A stretch of DNA of 52,671 nucleotides from NCBI GenBank assembly GCA_051453625.1, contig JBOZIK010000001.1:41499898-41552568 (forward strand), written 5' to 3'. Origin of the DNA: Welwitschia mirabilis (taxonomy: Eukaryota). The notes under the pieces were generated by a model, which was not told the origin of the DNA, ran no database searches, and saw only the letters and a list, made by a program, of their open reading frames with translations. The position numbers and the translations under genes are program-made. Shown here piece after piece: positions 37,915 to 52,264 of this stretch; the stretch's first letter is position 1, and each line of letters begins with the position of its first letter.

Positions 37915-39983
37915 ATCTTAATAAGCCATTAATCATTAGTTTTCAACTTTACCCTTTCCAAGAAAAAGCCTTACTTAATCCTATGATTAAGCTAGTAATC
38001 AAGGACAAAATTGTTAAACTTATAGATACAAGTCAATTCATGCTTTGGTATAATACATGAGTACATCTTATCCATAGTAAGTTAACCTCTAAATGGCTTT
38101 GTCCTTATTATGCAAAAAGAATACATTCTAATGGATCTATTGAGATCAATGACCTTCAAACTCATGAAATCCAAAAAGTAAATGGTTAGAGGTTAAAACT
38201 TTATACATCTCTAGGTAATTGTTCTTATACCTTGAACATAATAGAAGAAATTAACTTGGAAGATCCCCTTTGTAGGAAGGAGGATCTCCCCTTGATCATC
38301 TACTAAATCATTTCTTATTCTTATTCCTAACTAAGTTATAATACTACTTAATCCTCTTTAACTTGATTTATGTTTAACTTTCATAGGTATTACCATGATT
38401 AAGTAATTCTTTACTTTGGGTTTTCATGTGATAAAGATTGGATTCAGTTAATCTTAAGATATTCCAATATNNNNNNNNNNNNNNNNNNNNNNNNNNNNNN
38501 NNNNNNNNNNNNNNNNNNNNNNNNNNNNNNNNNNNNNNNNNNNNNNNNNNNNNNNNNNNNNNNNNNNNNNGATTGAATTCAGCCAATATTAAGATATTCT
38601 AATATCTACAATCAATCTCCTTGGTTATTTTATGGCAAAATATCAACTATGTTAATCTGATGCTTATTTTTAACCATATACTTTGTTACTTCATTATTTC
38701 ATTAATTAATCAATGATTTTCAAAATGGGAGTCTCAGTCAATGGAAAAGAACCAAAAAATTGAAAAACAAGAGGAAAATATGAGTGAGTGTGTGTGTGTG
38801 TGTNNNNNNNNNNNNNNNNNNNNNNNNNNNNNNNNNNNNNNNNNNNNNNNNNNNNNNNNNNNNNNNNNNNNNNNNNNNNNNNNNNNNNNNNNNNNNNNNN
38901 NNNNNNNNNNNNNNNNNATAACCCTCTTGTAATTATACCATAATGTACTATTGCAAGTCTATTGAGGTAATTTTTTTTGAGAGGGGTCTTGGCAGTATGA
39001 TATGATAACTATGGAAAATCCACCAGATGATTAATGGATTATGATCTAGCTTTGGCTTCTAGGTCCTTATTCTCTTGCTAGTGGTTACACTCCTCTTATC
39101 ATGATGAATGGTGTTATTCAACACCCTATTGACTAAAACATACCATCACTTCAAGGAACAAAATTTGTGAGCCTGTGAGTATATTGATCATTAGATGATA
39201 TCTCATCAAAGTNNNNNNNNNNNNNNNNNNNNNNNNNNNNNNNNNNNNNNNNNNNNNNNNNNNNNNNNNNNNNNNNNNNNNNNNNNNNNNNNNNNNNNNN
39301 NNNNNNNNNNNNTAATGTACTATCACAAGTATATTGAGGTAATTTTTTTTGAAAGGGGTCTTGGCAGTATGATATGATAACTATGGAAAATCCACTAGAT
39401 GAGTAATGGATCATGATCTAGCTTTGGCTTCTGGGTCGTTATTCTCTTGGTAGTGGTTACACTCCTCTTATCATGATGAATGGTATTATTCAACACCCTA
39501 TTGACTAAAAAATACCATCACTTCAAGGCACAAAATTTGTGAGCCTGTGAGTATATTGGTCATTAGATGATATCTTATCAAAGTACTATGATTATCATAG
39601 TTGAAGAGGAATGAATTATAGTCCAAACATGACTTGGTCCATTGCTAAACATAATTATTAGATATTATCATCATTACTATACTTTCAAATGGTACTCTAT
39701 GGTATTCTACATTGAATCATGCATTTCGAAATGAAGTAACTTTATAACCTTTACCAAGAAGTTTTGCTAAGTTTGAATTTTATACAAATATTTAATCTTC
39801 TTCATGTTTTATATTGTTTATTTTTCTTTTTGTTTTATCTTAGTTTGTTGATTTGCCTTTTCAAAGCCATTTTTCTCACCTTTTTCAAAATAATGCTTAG
39901 GACTTTATCATTTTTTAGTCTACTTATTACATTTTTTATCACTTAATTATTATGCATAAAATTAAATTAACCTCTATCTTGGT
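37915..39983 (+). mobile_element. Family A internal region, copy 2 (fused RT-lead/integrase tail and 3' non-coding region)
   Basis: Colinear with 40320..41890 and the inverted homolog of 19840..20693; ends in an N gap. Confidence 0.8.
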
Positions 39984-40083
39984 NNNNNNNNNNNNNNNNN
40001 NNNNNNNNNNNNNNNNNNNNNNNNNNNNNNNNNNNNNNNNNNNNNNNNNNNNNNNNNNNNNNNNNNNNNNNNNNNNNNNNNNN

Positions 40084-42294
40084 TTAAACTCCTCTAATCC
40101 TTACAACCTCAACTAAAATATCTTAAACCACTCTTTTAATGATGATCCTCATGAGAATTTCAAACCCATAATTGACCATGATATTCAACATATAAGATCC
40201 ATTGAAAATCGTTTACATCAAGGTGGGTGTTCTACAACTATGAAGAATGAAAATAATCTTCTACTTAAATACTTATCCAATGATTTTAAATATATTTTCT
40301 TAAATAAAATTTCTAATAAGTCATTGATCATTAGTTATCAACTTCATCCTTCGAAAGAAAAAGCCTTGATTAAACTTCTCACTTTAAAATTATAAGCTTT
40401 TTCTTAGACTCATAAATATCTTAGTGCTATTCTTTCTAATATTGTTTAATATAAAATTTACTTACAAATAATTTTAGATCCAATAGACAACCTCAAAAAG
40501 ACTTAATCCTCTCATTCAGTGAGTAGTCAAGGACAAAAATAATTAAACTTATGGAGACAAGTCAATTCATGCTTTTTAATAATACTTGAGTATGCTTATA
40601 CATAACCAGTTAATCTCTAAATGGCTTGGTCCTTATCATGTGAAAACAATACATTCCAATGGATCTATTAAGATCTCTGATGTTCAATCTCAAGAAATAA
40701 AAAAAGTAAATGGATAAAGGTTAAAACTTTATACATCTCTAGATCATTGTTCTTATACCTTGAACATGATAGAAGCAAATAACTTGGAATCCTCTTTGAA
40801 AAAATGAAGATCTTTTCTTGGCCATCTACTAAATTATTTTTTAGCTTTATTCCTTGGTTTAAGTTATGATATTACTTGATCATCTTTAAATTGATTATTT
40901 TTTACTTCTATACATGCTACGATGATAAAGTAATTCTTTACTTTGGTTTTTCATGTAATAAAGATTGGATTCAGTCAACCTTAAGGTATTCCAATATCTA
41001 CAGTCAATCTCTTTGGTTATTTTATGGTAAAATATCAATTATTTAATCTAATACTTATTTTTAGTTACATACTTTATTACTTCATCATTTCAATGATTAA
41101 TCAATGCTTTTAAAAATGGGAGTATAACTCAATAAAAAAGAACAAAAAAATAAAAAGCAAGAGAGAAATATTAAAAAGGAAAAAGGAAAATAAATCAACT
41201 CTTGCAATTGTACCATGAAATAAGATTGCAAGTGTTCTAAGAAAAATTTTCCTAAGAGGGGCCTTTGGTAGTATAATATAGTAGCTGTGGAAACTTCATT
41301 AGATGATTAGTTGACCATGACTTAGCTTTGGCTTATGGGTACTTATTCTCTTAATAGTGGTTTCACTCCCCTTATCATGATGAATGGCATTATATAACAC
41401 CCCATTAGCTAAAAAATCCCATCAATCCAAGGCATAAACTTTATAAGAATGTGAGTATATTGATCATTGGATGATATCATATCAAAGTACTATGGTTGTC
41501 ATAGCTAAAGAGGGATTGAATTATAGCCAAAATATAACTTAATACTTTGACAAAAATAACAATTAGATTTTATCATCATCACTGCCCTTTCAAATAGTAC
41601 TCTATGATGTTCTACATTAAATCATGTATTTCTATATCAACTAGCTTTATTACCTCTACCAAAAAGTATTACTAAGTTTGAATTATGGGCAAAAAGTTAG
41701 TCTTCTTCATGTCCTGTCATGTTCATTTTTCATTTTGTTTTATCTTAGTTTGTTGGTTTGCCTTATTAAAGTTATTTTTCTCACCTTTTCCAAAATAAGC
41801 CCTAGGACTTCATCATTTTCTAGTCTACTTATTACATTTTTTATCACTTAATTATTATGCATAAAATTAAATTGACCTCTATCTTGGTCATCCTTTAGCA
41901 TGATAGTATTGATGCTTTCCTTTCCTTTAATCTTCTTCCTTTTTACAACCTCTCCTATTACTTAACCTTGTAATCATGAAATCTTACCCTGGTTTACCTT
42001 TCCTTCATGATTTCTAAAACTTGAGATGACTTACTCATTTAGTTCAGGGGAATAGATACCTATATTACATGTTTTATGAGCCAAAAATTTTTATCAAATA
42101 TATGCTATGATATTAAACTAATGATTGATAATATACATTTGTTTCACTTGTGATTTTTCATAGGTTTGGTGTATTTTACATGTTGTAGTCTTAATTCTAA
42201 TGATATACATGTTTTAAATTTTCTTTTATTAGTTACCTCACAACTTGTTATTCATTTATTTTATCAAGGATTAATAAATGCTAAGTGGGGGTTA
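40084..42294 (+). mobile_element. Family A internal region, copy 3
   Basis: Post-protease linker (homolog of 21390..21603), LKY.FL...LIIS..L, RLNPLIQ.VVKD...KL, then integrase tail WLGPY...KVNG.RLKLY; PPT AAGTGGGGGTTA ending 42294. Confidence 0.85.
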
Positions 42295-43383
42295 TGTTAT
42301 GATGTTAGACCTATTTAATACATTTGTGGAGTACATTTTCAGGTATTATTAATAGGTTTTTTTAGGGATTATGAAAATTATGTAAAGCTTTTATACAAGT
42401 AAAAATATGCAATAATTTCCAACATTAAAAGCTTTTTTTGTATGACGATGGACCAAAGAAACTTGATCAACATGATATGATCATCCTCTAGGTCATGAGG
42501 ATAACAGAGGAGATGACAGTCACAATAGTATGGTCGTCCACTATGTTATGGGAATGACAATCAGGATGACAATCAGCATAATCAACATGTGTGGGGCATC
42601 AGTTGATCATCATCTATGTCATGGGGACAACATATGGTACAAAAGTTAAAATCATTTATAAAGTCAATTAAATTATTATGAAAGGGTGTATTTAACTTGT
42701 ATCTCTTCCTTTCACACTCCTTAATGACATTTAACCATTTATTATAACCTATAAATAGACTCTTTTAGACCCTATTTAAAATCATCTTTTTTCATCTACA
42801 TTCTTACGATGATTGAAGATTATTAAAGGTAAGAAGATCCATCCTACTTATGAAAACGACTACTTTAATGTTAGGCAGAGAATCTTCCATTGGGAAGTTG
42901 CTACTGTAAGTGGATCTAATTTAATTTTATTAATGAAAATATTTATTGAATTGAAACTATTTTTAAATGTTTTATTACTCTTTCTTATAGCTTATCTTAA
43001 TTGCAATTTAAGTAACATGAATTCATAATTAAAATAGATCATAGGAACCTATCTAGTGATAGTAGAATGGAAATTTAGTTAATTCATTACATTAGAATTG
43101 CACTCATTTTACATTTCATTTCATTCGATTGCATTGCATTTCATATTCATCCTTACATTATTTAATTTTAATTCTTATAAAGCAAAGTTCAAAAATATAT
43201 TATTCTTCTCTTTATGAAAGCAATTTTCCAAATTCTCTTTTAAAATTCTTCTCTAAGTATATGACATTTGGGTTGATCCCACTATACAAATGTGTATTGT
43301 GTGCAATTATATTATTAGCTTTCTAGATGTTCAAGTTAAATTCAATATTTATAACATTGGAAGCACAAATAAGCATTGCAATA
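42295..43383 (+). mobile_element. Family A 3' LTR (1089 bp)
   Basis: TGTTATGATG...GCATTGCAATA directly after the PPT; inverted homolog of 24364..25440 and 18563..19502. Confidence 0.85.
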
Positions 43384-45144
43384 ATGCTCTTAGTCATTTT
43401 TATAGGCAAAGATAAGGAGGAAGTAGTTGGGTTTCTTTGGCTTATAGTAGTATATGAAGTGGATACAATTCTATCCTATAGTACTAGGTGGAGTGATTAA
43501 GAATTCTTATCCTATAGCATTAGGTAAAATCTTCATCATGTAGTGTTAGATAGAATGGTAAGGATTCCTATTATGTGGATTTAAGTGGAATCTTCATCAC
43601 ATAGCATTAGGTGGAAAATCATCATAATAGTTTCAATATATGGCCTTAAGTCTAGATGCTTTTAACTAACTCTATCACCATGTGTGCTGATGCCACTACC
43701 ATGTGTCATTATTGCAAGTCATTACCACTTCACTTCCATGTCATTGTTATGTGTTTATCACATCATTACCATGAGGTTCTAGTGTCATTGTCATGTGTCA
43801 CTGAAGATCACAACTTACTAGAATGTAGTAACTCATAAGGCCATCAAATGTAATTTAAATTTAACTCCATGGTGAATTTAGTAGGTGGGCTTAAAGGCAT
43901 TTTCTCAAAAATGATGAGCATTGCCATACATAAATACCAGCACTATTAGTGTTTTTTGTAGGATTTCCTTCTTCTTTTGCATCATGTTCCATTATCTCAT
44001 TAAGTGCCTAAATTTATCATGGAAAAGTACATAATTTCATAATTGACATTAAAATTAATAAGAGATATAATTTTATGATAAAATACTTAATTTAATATCT
44101 TCCTTGAGCTAAATTGAACTGAAATACTTGATTTCAATATTAATTTTTAAATATTATCACACCACCTAACTAGAATTTTTCTAGAGTCTTAGTCTGAATT
44201 GTGATAAAAGATGATTAACATAAAAATCCTATAGTAAAAATATTCAAGGATGTAGGAATGATAAAAACTTTGAAAATTTTTTGACCAATTTTTGAAAAAA
44301 AAAAAACTAAGGAATTTTTTCAAAAATGTGAATGTCACACCCCTAACTAAAATCAAACTTTATGCATAAAGTTTTTAAGATAGAATTACATGAAAAATTT
44401 GATAAAAAGTTAATGAAACCTTAAAAGGAATATTATTCATTTCATATTACTTTATTGTAAATAGAAAAGATAAAAATACAAAGTACTTAAATCTAAGCTA
44501 TGATTCAGTGAAAGGTCATTTCACAATAAAAACAATTATGCCTTTTGGGTGTTTTTCCTCTTGTGATGGGGGTGGAGTGAAAATGATAATATATAGTAGT
44601 AAAATGAATGCAAATGAATTGAATGATAATGCAACTAAAACTTTACTATGCATGCTACAAATAAATGAGACTATGAAACTAAGGTAATGGCCTAGAAAAT
44701 ATTTATTTAATTATGGATCTAAGTTAAAACAAGGAAAGACATTAATAAAGTAAATTCATGCAAATTAATATTAGTAAAAACACCTTTAGTGATAAATGTT
44801 AAAATAAGTNNNNNNNNNNNNNNNNNNNNNNNNNNNNNNNNNNNNNNNNNNNNNNNNNNNNNNNNNNNNNNNNNNNNNNNNNNNNNNNNNNNNNNNNNNN
44901 NNNNNNNNNAACAAGGCATTCATGCAAATTAATATTAATAAAAAGACCTTTAGTGATAAATGTTAAAATAAGTAATTCACAAGAAGTCTCTAATTTCATC
45001 TTAAGGTCTTTTCAATTTTTACCATTCTATAATTACAAGTGATATCCTTTAAGCATTTAATCATATTGTATATTCAATGTTGTAGCACATCTTTCAATAG
45101 AGTTAAACATGTTGTTCATAAAGATGTTACTGCTGCATTTCTAG
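43384..45144 (-). mobile_element. Family-B-like 3' internal region, PPT and 5' portion of LTR (LTR 44159..43384)
   Basis: Minus strand TAGTTAGGTGGTG then TGATAATATTTAAAAATT; similar to 15850..17300; TATA CCTATAAAAA just before the break at 43384. Confidence 0.65.
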
Positions 45145-45145
45145 T

Positions 45146-48100
45146 CGTTACATGCAAAACGTAACATTTACATTGAGTAATTAAGATCTCATTAGTATGA
45201 TTAATTAATTATAATGATAGTTTTATATATTTATTATGCTTAAGGTTATGGAAACCAGTTTTACTTATAATCCACCTTAATATTATTGTTTCCAAGGATA
45301 AATGTATCATTATAGGCATTGTGATAGAAGATGGACAAGTGTTGAGCATAATTATCAGTAGCACTAATTCTAGGAGTAGAAACACCAATTACTTTAATTA
45401 AAATAGTACCAAACTCACATTATTAAGTTCTCTTAATGCAAGTAATACATTCTGTTCATTTCTACAAATAGGATATGAACAAGGAACATTTTCTAAGAAT
45501 AATCCCTTAATTTGATCTAATGCCTAAAAAATAATCTCATACATTTTGGGCATTTTTTAAAATAACTATGTTATACCTTTGAATGCTTATTATAAATCCT
45601 AATTCTGACCTATAACTACTTGATCTTGCTTCACTATCAAATCATTATATCATTATTAGAGAAATTGGCATTTTAATCATGCATTCCTTTTAAGCCTTCC
45701 ATAGGGGTGGTAGCACTAACCTAGCATGACGATTTTTGGTTTATCATGAGTACATTATTAAATCATATAATTTTACTTTTTAGATAGTAAAAAGTTACAT
45801 GTTCTTGATGTATTACTTTTATATTAAGATGTGATTTTTTCATACTTGTTATTCTTAAGATTAACTAAGGCATGCTTTTACTTTAAGATTGATCTAGTGA
45901 TTATCTTTTTCATTTTATCTTGCATAACCTAAATGTTTATTTGATGGATCTTAAGAGACCCCTACTTGTTATACATATTTTATTTTTGCTATGAATACCA
46001 GGTGACTTAAATATATTACCCTCATTTCTATGATGAATGAGATTATGCCATTGTGTTTGTCCTTGGACTATATGAGCACTTATATTTATGATGGATGAGA
46101 TTATGCCACTTTACTTAAATTGAAAGTAAAATCTACATGATCACTTTAGCACTTATGTTTTTTCATGAAATTGTTATGCTAATTTGAATGTTATGTCTCA
46201 TTCCTAGATATCTCATATCATTTTACTCTCTATTACTCATTCTTTTTTGTATGCTTTAATGATAGATTTTAAAATCTATCGCTATAAAAGAATGACATTG
46301 GGACTATACTATAAATAGAAGTCCTACCATTATTACTAAAATTTATATTTAACTACATAAAATTTATATCCCTAGGATGATCTTGATATTTACCATACGT
46401 TAACAACAAATACAAGTGTGGCTAGACTTCGCCACAAATAGCTTTTTGGTGTCATTGCAGGGAATAGTAATATAGTAGATACAGTCGATCATGCATAAAA
46501 TCTACAATTGCATAGCCTTTTTAGTTTTTGATTTTTTCTCTTTTTCCTTTTATTCTTTTATACTAGTCTTTTTTAATTCCTTTTTTTTTTTATTTTTATC
46601 ACCAGAGGATTGGTGTTGATTATGCCTAGTACTTGATAGACAGAATGCAATCTAGTGACCTCTTTTCTTTTTATTTTTATTTTCTTATTTTTCTTTCATT
46701 TTTTAGTTTTTTTCCTTTATTTATTTGTAAAGATTATATAGTATATCGAATTTTCTTGTAGGATTGATCTTTTATAGGTTTAAAGAAAAGGAAATCAAGA
46801 AAAAATAATAATTTTTTTCTTCTATTCATTTTCTTTCTCTACAATCTCTTCTCTATTATCTCTTCCCTTTTCTATCTTATATGACTTCCTTAGTAGGTAC
46901 TTGAAGATAATTTCTGAATGAGGACTTCATTAGTAAAATTCTTAAGGAAGTGATTTAGTACTTGTATTATTTATGTCTACAACTTTATTTCTTTCATGAC
47001 ATTACATTGTGATTTTCATTTTGCATTATCCCTTCTTGGAATATGCATTTAGTCATTTTTGGTTAGTTAACTAAATTAATCTATCATCTTAGACTATTAT
47101 CTTTTTTTGATATCTTTACTGTCATTTTTTTAAAAACATCTTTATGTCATCTTACTAGTACCACTATCTTCCCTTATTTGCACTACTGGATTCTTGTGTT
47201 AAACTATTTTTAACTTTTGTAAAACTTATGTTTATAACATCTTGAACATTTTTGCATATCGTGTGCATCAAGAAACATAACTCATTTTAAATATTTTATT
47301 AAATTTTATAAATTAGAAATGAACATGTGATGGTAGATTGCATTAAATCTCTCTTAATTCTGAAATGTAAAGAAACCTTAAAAACTAGTTTTAAGAAATA
47401 CCTTAAGAAAGTTAAAACAACTCTAGAAGTAACTTTAACATTAACCAACCTATAAGAAAATTGAAATAATATCTTAAACCATAATATCTAAGTATATCCT
47501 CTTATATTGTTCAATTCTAAATGCTGAGAAAATTGAATTTAAATAATTACTTATTAAACTTATCTCATATTTTCATGATTTAGACTCTAAGAATCCTTTG
47601 TTTGCATCTTAAGGATTTTAGTATATTCTTTTAACAATCCCTTAAAATCCTGATACATCCAATGCCCTTATATTAATCTTGTTTCATTTTTTCCTTATAA
47701 AGAAGGTAAAATCTTGGCTTTATACATTAAAGCCTATTTTCATTACTACTTAGGCTAAACTTAATTAAGCATTCATTAGAAAATTTTTGTCTAGTTATAA
47801 GACTAGTGCCATTAGAAGAGAAATCATGAACACCTAATAAAAGAATAGTAAAATCTCTTCCTACATATTATAAATATTTAAAGATTCACTTCTTAAATTC
47901 TCACGACATGATTTTAAACTAAGAAAAGTTATAAATTTCTTTTATAAAGGACTTTTATTTAACTATAGGTAATTTGTGGAGATGATGGGTAGAGAAAGCT
48001 TTCTAGACCTGGAGATTGATAAAGCTAATAATTTTCTTGAGACTATACCAAAAGCTCTAAGAATTGAAAGAAACCTAATGAGCCAACAAGATTATAACAA

Positions 48101-51100
48101 CATGATAAGTCCACTAGTATCTTCAAAATTCCTGACAACAATGAAGTCAACCAAAAATTGGATGATATTTCTAAGAAGATTGAGACTCTTGATATAATCC
48201 TAAGTTCATAATTCTACCTCTTCATTGCAACCTTTATTTTGTAAATACTTATGAAACCTAATATTTTCCATCTACTCCCATGTTCTAAGGAGTAGTGAAA
48301 GAACAAATTAATGTTATAGGACAATAATGATAAAACCAAAAAAGAAAACAACTCCTACTCTAATACCTCTATCCTAGATGCAAAAATATGCAAATTTCTT
48401 ATGGAAGTAATATAATCCTAGACATGCCCTAACTATCCAACCTAAGAGTACAAATCCTCCATCAACTTCTAAGTCTTTAAAGGCTACATTTCATAAGTTC
48501 ATGGAAGCTCAATATCATATTAATAACTTACAATAACAATTTAATAAACAAACCTCTTCCATGTTTTAAAAGTTAGAGTAAGGAATGCAACAATTAGAAC
48601 AAACCATCATACATATCCTCACATCACTCAATCAACATGAGAAGGTGATGAAGTAGAAATTTTGAATAAAATAAGGTATTAATAATTAATATTTTACATT
48701 ACTTTTTAAACTTTAATACTGCATTTACAAGAATGTTTTTACTTTTTAGATGATAGGGATCTTGAACATAAAATGAGCTTAAAATAATGTATTATGATCT
48801 AATAAGATTCTTTTCATGATGCTTATGATTAGAATTTTAAGATTGAGGATGAAGATGTAGATCATGGATGACTACTTCAATATAAAAATTTGATAGATGA
48901 TTCATAGTCCTTTTTCCAGCATCATATATCATCCTCTTCCTGATGCAATGATTTTGAATCATTCTAACACTAGATGCATAACATGGAATAACATCAAAAC
49001 CTTTTAATATATCAATACCTTACAAAATTACATTTCAAAAACTATAATTTGTATATTTATAGCTATTGTAATGGATTCATGTATTGTAAGCTTTAAGAGA
49101 TAAACTTAGGTCAGTTTTATTTTTGGATTTTTTGAAGTTATTTATGAAACTACATATGATGCTATAGTGTCAATTCAAAGAGTAAAATGATGCTACAGTT
49201 CCATGTGATAGTGTTTCCTAGAAACTCATGAATCACATGTGAATTCACACTAGATTTAATAGATCCTCAACTTACAACTGATCCTATTATGCCTTTAAAG
49301 ATCATCTTCAGTGTCGATACCAAAATTACATCATAATAACATCATTATTATGCTATTTTTATGCCAATTTTTTCATTCTAAAGCATTAGAAGAATATTTT
49401 CTATCATTTTTCCCTCATTTTTCTTCATTTACAAGTTAATCTTCTCTCTATATCAACTTTGAAAACCTTCTGCATTCCTCATTCACATATTTTTCATTTA
49501 ATAAAGACCATTTTTAGCCTTTTAAACCCTTTTATAATCTATTTTTCATCATCTTTTCTTCCATTTCCATCTATCCAGGGGGGATTATAGGGGTAGTGAA
49601 GTACATGTGATTAGGTAGTGTAGGAGGAGAAGAAGCCATCAAATATTATAAGCAATTATGTAGAAGATTAATGAAAAGGGCCATGAATTCATCTAAAATT
49701 AATAAGTATTTATTACTTTATGTTTTTGTACTTTTAATTACTTGATTTATGCATTTATATCATAAAGTTCTTTCTTAATTTTTGCATGTATGTCATGAAT
49801 TTCTTTCAATTTAGTTAAACCTTTTATAGCTTATATCATAATTAGTACTAATTAGATTATGGAACAATTACTACCTATCCTAACAATATGAAATTTTGCA
49901 TGTTTGATGATTCTTTGTCAAATAAATCATATGTTTTATTCTTCTTCTTGCTTCTTTCCTCCATTCTTTTCATTTCGTAATACATTTCTCATAATTCCAC
50001 CTTTCTTCTAAGGCAATTAATAGTGAATTTCTATTTTCTCCTTTCTAATAGTAGTAGATTAATTTGTAAATATGTGCTTTATATTATCTAAGATTTAAAT
50101 TTTTTTATCTATAAATTCATATCTTTTCTTTCTTATTTTTAAAATTAAAGTGAAATAGTTAATTTGAATGCTTGTTTTAGTCATAACTTATTTTTGTAAC
50201 TTTAATAATTCTAAAGTTTTATTTGTAGCTTTCTCTCATGATTTAGAAACTTTCTACCTCAAGGAGTCAAAACCAAAATTCATATGTAAAAACTCCATTT
50301 TTTGCCATTTTTAGTATTAGTTGCAGTTTTACTTAGGAAAATTTCTAAACTATTAAATCTCTCTTTTTTTTTTTTTTTAAATAGTGAATTTCTTAGTCAC
50401 TTTTAGCATGCTTTCAAAAATTCAAGATTCTATCTTATAGTATTTCTTAATTAATTTTATAATATGAAATTTGATTTTTATTTAGTTTTATAGTTTTGTT
50501 AATATTCTTAGTCAAAATAGGGTTGACTATAATTTTTACCAATTTTTTAGATGAACTGTTTTTTTTTTAAGTTATAATCAATTATACTTAAATCTTGACT
50601 AGTGGTTATAGAAACTTGTTTTATNNNNNNNNNNNNNNNNNNNNNNNNNNNNNNNNNNNNNNNNNNNNNNNNNNNNNNNNNNNNNNNNNNNNNNNNNNNN
50701 NNNNNNNNNNNNNNNNNNNNNNNNGATTATAATTTTTGCCAATTTTTTAGATTAATTGTTTTTTTTCAGTTGTAATCAATTCTACTTAAATCTTGACTAG
50801 TGGTTATAGAAACTTGTTTTATGGCATATTATAAGTATTTTAAAGGTTTTAAGACTTTCTAAGTTCATTCTTTTGAATTTTCTCTCTCCCTTTTCTCTTT
50901 CTTCTTCATTTTATCTCTTTTTGCTAAAAAAATAACTTGAAATAAGTAAGTATTACTTTGATATCATGAACATTCATATGCTAGTTTTTGACAATTTTCT
51001 ATTGATTTGAATCTTGATTTTAATATTCTAATGCTTTTATAATTCAATTTGTGCTTAGTAAAGACTGATATTTTACTAAAATATAATGTAATCTAGCAAA

Positions 51101-52264
51101 AATATTCTTATTATTGAATAGTTTACTTAGTCAATGTAAATAATCTAGCTTTGCCAGTGTTATATTTTGATTATAAATTGATGTACATTTTACATATCAT
51201 GGAATAAGATGTTTGAATTATCTAATTACATTATAGCATATGAATTCAAGTAGTTAACATTCAAGAAAATTTATTTTTATATATGAATATGAAAGGTAAA
51301 TTTGACTATTTAAATTCCTTTCTTTATTCATATGAAGTATTAATGATCTTTAGAATATTGTGACTATTCATGAAAGATTACTTCTTCTTATTTAATTGTA
51401 TTTTCCTTTTCATACCTTATGAAACTATGTTTTTACACATGTAGTTTTTCACAATTATTTTAAATCATGTGTGTTTAATTAGTTGTATGTAACTTAAGAG
51501 AGATTATTATTTTATCATATGAAGTTATTGTTTAATAAATCAATGTTAATATTTTCATATGAATTCATGTCAAGTGTTTTGTTAGTCCGATATTGATGTT
51601 CTTTCCCTATGTATGCAATTCAACTTAGGAGATTTATTATGATGCAATTTAAAATTTTATACTTAATTTTATTTCTCTAAGTTGAATTATCATGTTAATT
51701 ACACATTGATATTTTGCAAAGCCCAAATCATGATCTCCTTCTTTAAAAAATTGAATTTTACTTGATTTAGAAAGGAAAGATTCCAGTAACATGTAAGCCT
51801 AATCTTAGTAGTTGTAAGTTGATGCAACATTTATAAATCAATAAAATCAGGGTCATACATTTAAAGTGGAAAGAAATCAACAAAGAGATAGAAGAGAAAC
51901 AATCATAAAAAAAAAAAAAAGTACAATAAGATAAGCCTAAAAGTAAAGAAAAGGTAGAGAAGAAATATGAAGTAAAGGAAGTTATTCTAACTTATAGAGA
52001 GCCCTTACCTATCCCCAATAATTGCAAAAAAATCANNNNNNNNNNNNNNNNNNNNNNNNNNNNNNNNNNNNNNNNNNNNNNNNNNNNNNNNNNNNNNNNN
52101 NNNNNNNNNNNNNNNNNNNNNNNNNNNNNNNNNNNCCCCTACCTATCCCAAATAATTGCAAAAAAATCAATTGACTAAAATACAATAATAAACATTAAAA
52201 ATTTTGATAGAAGTAAAGATCAATATCCCTCTTTTAGAAGCCATTAAACAAGTATCTTCCTATG
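45146..52264 (+). mobile_element. Athila-like element (family B gag): 5' LTR 45146..46440, PBS 46447..46463, gag ~47480..48645 resuming at 51775; interrupted twice
   Basis: PBS TGGTGTCATTGCAGGGA; gag capsid motifs HLKDF, LFHFSL..K.KSWL, IRREI, FFYKGL; EKGKIP is restored when the 48646..51769 insertion and one TSD copy are removed; EVKINIPLLEAIKQV. Confidence 0.8.
48646..51769. mobile_element. Large (~3.1 kb) non-coding insertion, probable solo LTR
   Basis: Splits the gag codons EK|GK; TSD GAAGG/GAAAG; imperfect inverted ends TGATGAAGTA...TACTTGATTTA; no ORFs. Confidence 0.7.

Noticed and set aside
38786-38803. (TG)n microsatellite
   Set aside because: Ordinary short repeat truncated by a gap
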